Source: Chitinophaga pinensis (GTDB lineage: Bacteria > Bacteroidota > Bacteroidia > M30B66). Taken from it: 64,000 nt of DNA. Position 1 is the stretch's first letter. Each line of letters begins with the position of its first letter. The stretch is taken from the NCBI GenBank assembly GCA_945883545.1, contig CAMCXT010000004.1:11829-75828 (forward strand), read 5' to 3'. Both the position numbers and the translations under genes were made by a program. Positions 9,861 through 16,851 of the stretch are shown piece by piece. A model generated the notes under the pieces. That model searched no databases. It was not told where the DNA came from and worked only from the letters and a program-made list of their open reading frames with translations.

Positions 9861-11216
9861 CTAATGCGCCACAACCACCGTCTTCGTGATGGTTTCGTTG
9901 CCCGATTTCATCACCACAGTATATTGTCCATCATACACGGTTCTCACATCAAAATATCCAATCGTAGAACCCGGATTGATCTTGGTTTCCATCACTTTTT
10001 TTCCGGTTAAATCGATCAATTCAACATTCCAAGTTTGTTGAGTATTTCCAGGAACTTGAATGCCCAATACTTCGGATGATGGATTTGGGTAAACCACCAC
10101 TTTCGCTGCATCAGTACTCGAAATGCTAGTAGTGATAGGATTATAAGTCGTTACCGTTTCAGTGATATTCTGAACTTTCGATGCGGTCTTCGTTCCGTAA
10201 AAGGTTAAACCAACAACATAAGGGAATGCTGAATTCCAGTTTTCATCTACTGTGGTGAAATAGGCGTAGGTTCCTTGCGGATATTCAGGCGTTACGCAGT
10301 TTCTTCCATTGTGTACATCCAACACATCTTCGTTGCCCGCCGCTGGCGCGATGTATTCATAATCTTCTCTGAAGAATCCCAATGGATACGTTGCATTTAC
10401 TGGTGGGCCATCATTCACATCAGTGCCATTGGCATATACCGTTCGCGTGGTGATGTTCCGCAATTGGTAGCCCGATTTGATGCGTGTAATTCCGCCCGTT
10501 CCATCTGCATTTTTAAATCCATAAGCGCCATAAATCGGGAATCCATCATATGCAAAACCAATTAATGGCGAATGGGTGGTTGAGTCGATTACGTAAAGTC
10601 CATCGGCTAAATAAAGATCACATACATTCGAAATCTCCTGAAGATCAAGGTTAAATGCCGAAGGATTTTGGTGATGGTGGTAATTTCCCATCGCAGGATG
10701 CCCTTTTGCACAATCAAATCCAGCACGTTCAGCAACAATCGCATCACGGTTCCACACCATGTCGCCCATCCCGCCGAGCGGACCACCAGCAAGTGCACCG
10801 GTAGCAGCTCTCCACGATACACCGTCGCGGTCATCGAACAACCCTACACCGTTAATAAAAACGCCAATGTTACCCATCGTTGTAGCTGTTGGGGTGCCTG
10901 AATTTTGAACAGGGTTTAGCGAAATCTTGAAATAGCCAGTTTGCGCAGTGGCTAACGACGGATTTCCATCCAAAAACGGACCAGTTGTGTAAGCCGGAAT
11001 TCCATTTGCGCGCACATACACCCAATCGGCTGAGTATTGCACCGAAATCACGTTCGCTAGTGCATTGTCGGTAATTGGTGTCGAATTTCCGTTCACATAA
11101 TGGCTACCAGTGAGCCCAGTTGTGTTCTGAATCCAAGACGTAATTGCCGGACTAAATTGCCCAAAAACAATCGAACTTGTAATGAGCGAAAGGCAGGTGA
11201 GTAGGGATTTTTTCAT
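9861..11216 (-). CDS. YHYH-domain protein with T9SS type A C-terminal domain
   Basis: Signal peptide; IGVFINGV, FDCAKGHP..YHHH, HSPLIGFAYDGFPIYG, LDVHNGR...TPEYPQGTYAYF; CTD VYPNPS...KTVVVAH. Confidence 0.88.
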   Translation of the reverse strand: MKKSLLTCLSLITSSIVFGQFSPAITSWIQNTTGLTGSHYVNGNSTPITDNALANVISVQYSADWVYVRANGIPAYTTGPFLDGNPSLATAQTGYFKISLNPVQNSGTPTATTMGNIGVFINGVGLFDDRDGVSWRAATGALAGGPLGGMGDMVWNRDAIVAERAGFDCAKGHPAMGNYHHHQNPSAFNLDLQEISNVCDLYLADGLYVIDSTTHSPLIGFAYDGFPIYGAYGFKNADGTGGITRIKSGYQLRNITTRTVYANGTDVNDGPPVNATYPLGFFREDYEYIAPAAGNEDVLDVHNGRNCVTPEYPQGTYAYFTTVDENWNSAFPYVVGLTFYGTKTASKVQNITETVTTYNPITTSISSTDAAKVVVYPNPSSEVLGIQVPGNTQQTWNVELIDLTGKKVMETKINPGSTIGYFDVRTVYDGQYTVVMKSGNETITKTVVVAH

Positions 11217-11234
11217 ATGCTTGATTTGATCGGT

Positions 11235-12260
11235 TTAGTGGTTGTTAAGTAAAATTTCCCGGGGGAAGGCGAGATTCGGATTGAACACAAATGCAGAGTC
11301 GCTCAGGGTCAGCAAAAATGCTGTGAGGTCAACCTTGGCGTTCCCACCCATGGGAAACCCTTGCGACAGCTGCGCATCTTGCTTCGCGGTATTTCGGAGA
11401 TTTCTAGTGTAATGCCGGAGCACTTCCGACAGCGTTTCGAAACGGCCATCGTGCATGTATGGATAAGTGTATTTCAGGTTTCTTAAAGTGGGCACCTTGA
11501 AACACAACGAATCATCGATGTTTTGCGTGATTCCATAACGCCCCATGTCGTTGAGCGCTTGATTCACAGGCAAGCCGTTGTTTTTAAATTCGTTCGAAGT
11601 GAACAAAGGCTCGGTGTGACAGCTATTGCAATGTGCTTTGAAAACTTCGTAGCCGCGCGCTTCCTGTTCGGTAAATTGTGCTTGATGAAGCTTCACACGG
11701 TCGTACTTGCTTCCTGCGCTCACCAAGGTCAGCATGAACTGCGACAGACTTTTCAGCACCCTTTCACCTGTCACTTCAGGGCTTCCCCAGGCAGCTTCGA
11801 ACAATGGAGGATAAACCTTAGACGCTTGAAGCTTCTGGGTTACTTCAGCGATACTGCTGCCCATTTCATCGCGGTGTGAAATCGGAGCGAGCGCCTGCAT
11901 GTCTAAATGGTGAATGGCGCCATCCCACATGAAACGCTTCTGCCAAGCCAGATTTATCAAGGCTGGAGCATTTCGTTTGCCAATTCTATCTTCAATTCCG
12001 TGACTTAATGCATGATCGGTATGTGCAAAGGCATTGTACACAGAGTGACAGCTCGCGCAAGAAACCATGTTGTTGGCAGAAAGGAGATTGTCGTAAAACA
12101 AGGCACGACCGAGCTGTATGCCATCCCGCGTGAGCGGATTTTCTTCGAATTGGTAAGCCGGTTTGGGGAAGTGCGGCGGACTATACACTTCATCGAACTG
12201 GAGTCCGATCCAGGATATCATCACCATTGATAGCAGAAATAAACCAGCGGCTATCCTCAT
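11235..12260 (-). CDS. Di-heme cytochrome c peroxidase-like protein (MbnH/MauG family)
   Basis: Two CxxCH motifs (CASCH, CNSCH), LGRALFYD, RNAPAL, MWDG, FKVPTLRN, PYMHDG. Confidence 0.92.
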   Translation of the reverse strand: MRIAAGLFLLSMVMISWIGLQFDEVYSPPHFPKPAYQFEENPLTRDGIQLGRALFYDNLLSANNMVSCASCHSVYNAFAHTDHALSHGIEDRIGKRNAPALINLAWQKRFMWDGAIHHLDMQALAPISHRDEMGSSIAEVTQKLQASKVYPPLFEAAWGSPEVTGERVLKSLSQFMLTLVSAGSKYDRVKLHQAQFTEQEARGYEVFKAHCNSCHTEPLFTSNEFKNNGLPVNQALNDMGRYGITQNIDDSLCFKVPTLRNLKYTYPYMHDGRFETLSEVLRHYTRNLRNTAKQDAQLSQGFPMGGNAKVDLTAFLLTLSDSAFVFNPNLAFPREILLNNH

Positions 12261-12916
12261 CGAACGGGAGATATAGAATCAATAAATGCGTCGCTTAGCT
12301 TGGTTGCAAGCAAGGAAGGCGACATGATTTTACGCACAGTTGTGAAGGATTCTGCTGCTAAAAACTGGTCGAGATTGAGACGATACAGCATCTTATCGTT
12401 GAGTTTGAAGCCTTTCATTCGGTTGGTGTTAAATGGGGCAGAATATCCACCCAAATGACAAACGATCGAATGCAGCTCGCTGGCTAATAGGGAAGTTTGA
12501 GCTTCCACTTTTACATGGATATAGCCACTTTGCCAAGTCCAATACATGCCATTTACCGGATCGAGGTCGCCACCCATTGCTCCAGCGGTTTGAATCAGGC
12601 TATCGATTCCCACCGAAAACGTTACAGAATCGGCATTTTGTGGCACTTGTTTGAATTCAAAAGCTCCATTGCAAAAGTTGATGAGAATGGGTTTTTCGGG
12701 CGCAGTTAAGGGTTTCCCATTTTCGAAAAACTGCAAATTCGACAGATACATCGCGCAACGATTAACCTGCAAACTGTCGTTTTGCTTATTCACAACCCAC
12801 TTGCCGCATTGCACTGGCTCATTGCCCAAAGTCGCTCCCAAAATGAAGCTTTTCTGCGCCATCAAGGAATTACCAAACAATACTAGGAAGAAGATCCAGT
12901 GCTTCATCGCGCGCAA
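12257..12916 (-). CDS. MbnP family periplasmic copper-binding protein
   Basis: GIDS...GDLDPVNGMYWTWQSGYI with the WxW motif, and HLGGY; overlaps the start of the MbnH-like gene. Confidence 0.85.
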   Translation of the reverse strand: MRAMKHWIFFLVLFGNSLMAQKSFILGATLGNEPVQCGKWVVNKQNDSLQVNRCAMYLSNLQFFENGKPLTAPEKPILINFCNGAFEFKQVPQNADSVTFSVGIDSLIQTAGAMGGDLDPVNGMYWTWQSGYIHVKVEAQTSLLASELHSIVCHLGGYSAPFNTNRMKGFKLNDKMLYRLNLDQFLAAESFTTVRKIMSPSLLATKLSDAFIDSISPVR

Positions 12917-12978
12917 TGACGGTAGCCGTTAACGATGGTTTAAAGATTGAAAAAATTAATGGATTGAAGTTGAATGGA

Positions 12979-13425
12979 CTAGTCGTTTTCCTCGTAGCCC
13001 AATTTAACTTTGAGGTATTCAAGGTTCTTGTAAAACTGAGAATCCAATGCTTTCAAAACTAATTCTTTGTTAATTGGGTTTAGCAGAATAATGTTTATCA
13101 AAGCATCCTTTAAAGGAGTTAATTCCTGTTTAATAATATCAAAAATAATTTCGGGATCGATGCCTCTGTAATCGTGGGCCATACGATTTATTAAACCGAT
13201 TACTTCATGCCATTGCAATTGAGGCTGAGTATTTAACAAATCAATCTCGATTTTCTTAACTTCTTCGCCGATTGTTAGTAATAGTCTACTAATGGCATTG
13301 AAATTTATTTGATCATTAAGAGAAAGTAATTCATCAGGAGATTAGATTTCTTTGCTGTAAATCTTGATTTTTTCAATGGCCTCAAGAGTCGTAAACACAT
13401 AAATCAAGATTCCTTTCTCAGACAT
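12979..13425 (-). pseudogene. HepT/DUF86 HEPN RNase toxin, disrupted
   Basis: ATG at 13425 overlaps the mntA stop. In-frame TAA at codon 28 (13342-13344), then the frame continues ...NAISRLLLTIGEEVKKI...WHEVIGLINRMAHDYRGID. Confidence 0.85.
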
Positions 13426-13711
13426 AAACAACTGATTGTTCTGCCGAATCTGCAACAAATGGATTAATGTATTTTGCATTTACTAGGTCTACTTCCTGAA
13501 CTCCAGTAATTATTTTCAATTCATTTTCGAAAAGCAAATATTCTTTGAATGTAAATCGCTTTCCAGGGTTCGTTTCATAGATGATATCTAGGTCACTATT
13601 TAATTTGACTGCGCCCAGAACCTGGCTTCCAAACACGCCCAATCTAGCCAAACCATATTTTTGCTTGAGCATTGCAGCATTCTTTCTAATGGTTTCAAGC
13701 ACATTTGTCAT
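13418..13711 (-). CDS. MntA minimal nucleotidyltransferase antitoxin
   Basis: GS-x10-DLD motif, ELKIITG.EVDLV; its stop overlaps the HEPN gene start. Confidence 0.88.
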   Translation of the reverse strand: MTNVLETIRKNAAMLKQKYGLARLGVFGSQVLGAVKLNSDLDIIYETNPGKRFTFKEYLLFENELKIITGVQEVDLVNAKYINPFVADSAEQSVVYV

Positions 13712-13715
13712 ACAG

Positions 13716-13723
13716 CAAAAATA
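13716..13723 (-). promoter_or_regulatory. -7 element TATTTTTG just upstream of mntA
   Basis: caaaaata on the + strand, a few nt before the ATG. Confidence 0.5.
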
Positions 13724-13794
13724 CGGATTTAGGATTACAGTTTTTTGTATTTAAAATTTATACAATTCTAGCACACTAATGTACGATCTGTATA

Positions 13795-13885
13795 AATGAT
13801 TATCTTGGCATTGACCTGATAAACTGGAAGGTTATTTTGTGTGGTTGAAACAAACAGTGAATCAAGCCTTCGAGCGGAAAATAGA
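13795..13885 (+). pseudogene. Possible decayed C-terminal fragment of a second HepT/DUF86 gene
   Basis: Reads NDYLGIDLINWKVI, then in a shifted frame LKQTVNQAF; resembles the HDYxGIDxxxxWxxI...LKxxV tail of HepT. Confidence 0.35.
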
Positions 13886-13890
13886 ACCAA

Positions 13891-14105
13891 CGCATCCTCG
13901 GACTTTATTCCGGGGAATTATGATTGTGTTGGCAGTGGGGAAGAGTTGAAAAGGAAAAAGTTAAAAGAGATCAAATCGCAGCCTCGGACTTTAGTCCGGG
14001 GATTATGATCGTTTTGGTACCGCGGAAGAGTGGAAAGGGAAAAGGAGAAAGTTGAAAGAGATCAAAACGCAGCCTCGGACTTTAGTCCGGGGGATTGATA
14101 ATCGT
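13891..14105 (+). repeat. Array of three family-A REP copies
   Basis: GCA(G/T)CCTCGGACTTTA(G/T)TCCGGGG at ~13892, 13978 and 14069, with purine-rich AAAGNNN heptamer linkers. Confidence 0.9.
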
Positions 14106-14477
14106 TCTAGCACCGCAGAATACAATTGCCTTTAATTTTACCGCAAGTTTCATCGGTTCTGATGGTAAAGAAATAGTGTGGAAGGATTTTTTGTGTACAT
14201 GAAACAGGCATGTAAAAGGGTTTCGATCATTGCTGCCTAGCTTGAAACGGAGCTATTAAAGTTGATTTCCCCAAACACTAACCCTTGTGGCAGTTTTATT
14301 AAATTATTGTATTTAAGAATATTAAATATACATTAGTGATTAATGGTGTATTATTATGAAATCTCTATTGCTTTATGATAGGGTTGTAAAAGGTTATAAT
14401 TTCATTAAATTATTATTAATAACTATTTTAAAAAGCTCTATGTTTTTATGTTTGTGCATTAACAATATAAAAATATC

Positions 14478-16058
14478 ATGAAAAAATCTACAATTAGCAT
14501 TTTGGCTTTTTTATTCTCCTATAATAGCTATTCGCAGACTTTACAACAGTGCACAACCGACAACAACAATGATGGAGTTACCAATACTACCGACTTTCTG
14601 AATCTTGTAGGCCAATTTGGCCAAAATTGCGAACCATTGGGCACAGTTAGTTCATTTACTTGTTCCGATTTTATAAATAGCGGTACATTAATTCAAGGAA
14701 GCGAAGCATCAAACGTAAATAGTATCATTTCCTACACAGGTGGTAATGGTGGTGATCACAATGGGCAGGTGGTTAGTTCAACAGGAGTAACTGGGTTGTA
14801 TGCTGCACTATCATCAGGATCATTTACTTCTGGTTCAGGAAACCTCACTTACATGATTTTTGGTACGCCTACTTCGAGCGGCACAGCCAGTTTTGATTTA
14901 AACATTGGCGGACAAACCTGTACATTAACTAGAACGGTTGAATTACCAGTTGGAAGCATAACAGCCCTGAGTTGTTCAACAGCAACCAATAACGGCACGC
15001 TTACGCAAGGCGTAACCGCAGCAAGTGTAAGTAGCAGCATTCCTTACACAGGAGGCAACGGCGGCACACACATCGGACAAACGGTTACATCTACAGGTGT
15101 AATCGGTCTGACGGCTACTCTAAATGCCGGAACTTTTGCAAGTGGGGAGGGAAGTTTAACCTATACCATAACAGGTACACCAACCACTATCGGTACAGCG
15201 AGTTTTGCATTGAATATTGGAGGACAAACCTGTACATTAAATACAATAGTTAATATAGGTATCGGCCCCTTAAACATTGAAACAGCCTTAATACCCGCCG
15301 GCACCTTTACCATGGGAAGCCCCGCTTCAGAGTCAGGGCAAGGATCTGATGAAGTACAGCACCAAGTAACCTTGAGCGCATACAGAATGAGCAAATACGA
15401 AACAACCAATGCGCAGTTTGCTGCCTTTTTAAATGCAAAGAGCATTGGTAGCAATGGTTTGTACGCATTGGGTGCTTACCCAACACAGGTATTAATATAT
15501 ACAGTTACGACGTTTGGCTTAACCTGGACAGGCACGCAATGGCAACCAGTTACTGGTAAGGAGAACTTCCCGGTGGTAGGTGTTACATGGTACGGAGCAA
15601 AGGAATTTGCAACGTATGCAGGCGGGCGCCTACCTACCGAGGCCGAATGGGAATATGCTTGCCGCGGCAACACAACTACAGCGTTTAGCACTGGCGCTTG
15701 CTTAAACAATACACAGGCAAATTACACATGGAATGTGCCATTTGCGAATTGCAGCAACACAAGCTCCGAACTGTTCAATTTCCCATACCAAACCCAAGCA
15801 GTAAATAGTTACAACCCCAATGCCTATGGCTTATACAATATGCACGGCAATGTATGGGAATGGTGTTCGGACTGGTATGGCCCGTATTCTGCAACAGCGC
15901 AAACCAACCCTATAGGCCTCTCATCAGGTACGAGACGCGTTTTTCGTGGTGGCAGTTGGTACCTCGGCGCTGAGCTTTGCCGTTCCGCTAGACGCACGTA
16001 CGTCGAACCAAACGATGCCTACGCCTATGGAGGGTTTCGTCTGGCTTTCGCCCCATAG
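14478..16058 (+). CDS. Exported FGE-sulfatase (SUMF1, C-type lectin fold) domain protein with a dockerin-like motif and two ~104-aa repeats
   Basis: FTMGS, RLPTEAEWEYACR, NAYGLYNMHGNVWEWCSD, RVFRGGSW, GFRL; N-terminal CTTDNNNDGVTNTTDFL; repeats begin at 14640 and 14952. Confidence 0.9.
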   Translation: MKKSTISILAFLFSYNSYSQTLQQCTTDNNNDGVTNTTDFLNLVGQFGQNCEPLGTVSSFTCSDFINSGTLIQGSEASNVNSIISYTGGNGGDHNGQVVSSTGVTGLYAALSSGSFTSGSGNLTYMIFGTPTSSGTASFDLNIGGQTCTLTRTVELPVGSITALSCSTATNNGTLTQGVTAASVSSSIPYTGGNGGTHIGQTVTSTGVIGLTATLNAGTFASGEGSLTYTITGTPTTIGTASFALNIGGQTCTLNTIVNIGIGPLNIETALIPAGTFTMGSPASESGQGSDEVQHQVTLSAYRMSKYETTNAQFAAFLNAKSIGSNGLYALGAYPTQVLIYTVTTFGLTWTGTQWQPVTGKENFPVVGVTWYGAKEFATYAGGRLPTEAEWEYACRGNTTTAFSTGACLNNTQANYTWNVPFANCSNTSSELFNFPYQTQAVNSYNPNAYGLYNMHGNVWEWCSDWYGPYSATAQTNPIGLSSGTRRVFRGGSWYLGAELCRSARRTYVEPNDAYAYGGFRLAFAP

Positions 16059-16072
16059 TTTTTGTTTAAGCA

Positions 16073-16425
16073 AAAGGAGAAAGTTAAAAGAGATAACAAT
16101 GCAGCCTCGGACTTTAGGCCGGGGATTTATAATGGTATTGTTATCGCGCAAAAGGAAAAAGTTAAAAGAGATTATATCGCAGCCTCGGACTTTAGTCCGG
16201 GGATTGATGATCGTTTTGGTACCGCGGAAGAGTGGAAAGGGAAAAGGAGAAAGTTGAAAGGGATTACACGCAGCCTCGGACTTTAGTCCGGGGATTTTAA
16301 TGGTATTGGCAGTGGGGAAGGATTGAAAGGAAAAAGGAATTACAACGCATCCTCGGAGTTTAGTCAGGGGAATTATGATTGTATGAGCATCGTTGAAGAG
16401 TTGGAAAGGAGAAAGTTGAAAGGAA
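16073..16425 (+). repeat. Array of four family-A REP copies
   Basis: Copies at ~16101, 16179, 16270 and 16347; linkers homologous to those in the 13.9-kb array. Confidence 0.9.
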
Positions 16426-16758
16426 ACACCTAACCCCTGTGGCAACCTTAATTAAATTCTTGTCTTTAAGTACATTAAGTGTACTTAAGTATCTTTTACG
16501 TGCTATTGCTTGCATGTGATAAAGATACTTAACAATTCCTAAAACTATTAAAATGTTAAAACTTTTAGGAATTGTAGAGTTTGTATTGAGCCTGCTGAAT
16601 TATTGGTTTCAATTATAATTTACAAACATGCTATGAAACTATTTTGTTTCAATTATAAATGAAACAATCATCTTACCTAAAATTATTCGTCGCATAATTT
16701 GCAACGATTACGTGCTTTATTCGTCGCATTCAAAACAGCCGCCTTACCGAATTAAGCA

Positions 16759-16812
16759 TAAAAAAGCCCCAAAATTCCTTCAAATACAAGGAATTCTGGG
16801 GCTTTTATTTTT
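16759..16812. terminator. Intrinsic terminator, probably bidirectional
   Basis: AAAAGCCCCAAAATTCCTT-loop-AAGGAATTCTGGGGCTTTT flanked by A and T tracts, downstream of the TonB receptor gene. Confidence 0.8.
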
Positions 16813-16851
16813 AGGATTAAATCCGAAGATTTAATACCTCGTAATTCTCAA

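Noticed and set aside
13342-13344. Stop-codon readthrough or recoding in hepT
   Set aside because: TAA terminates many genes in this window, and the catalytic Arg is also lost, so pseudogenisation is the simpler explanation.
13891-16425. Regularly spaced ~25-bp palindromic repeats resembling CRISPR arrays (also at 2366-2700)
   Set aside because: The linkers are 50-110 bp, homologous to one another and low-complexity rather than unique spacers, and no cas genes are present. REP arrays fit better.
15924-16445. ORFs 15924-16445(-), 15946-16257(+) and 16062-16286(+) with repeated peptides
   Set aside because: They are translations of the REP array and overlap the end of the FGE gene.
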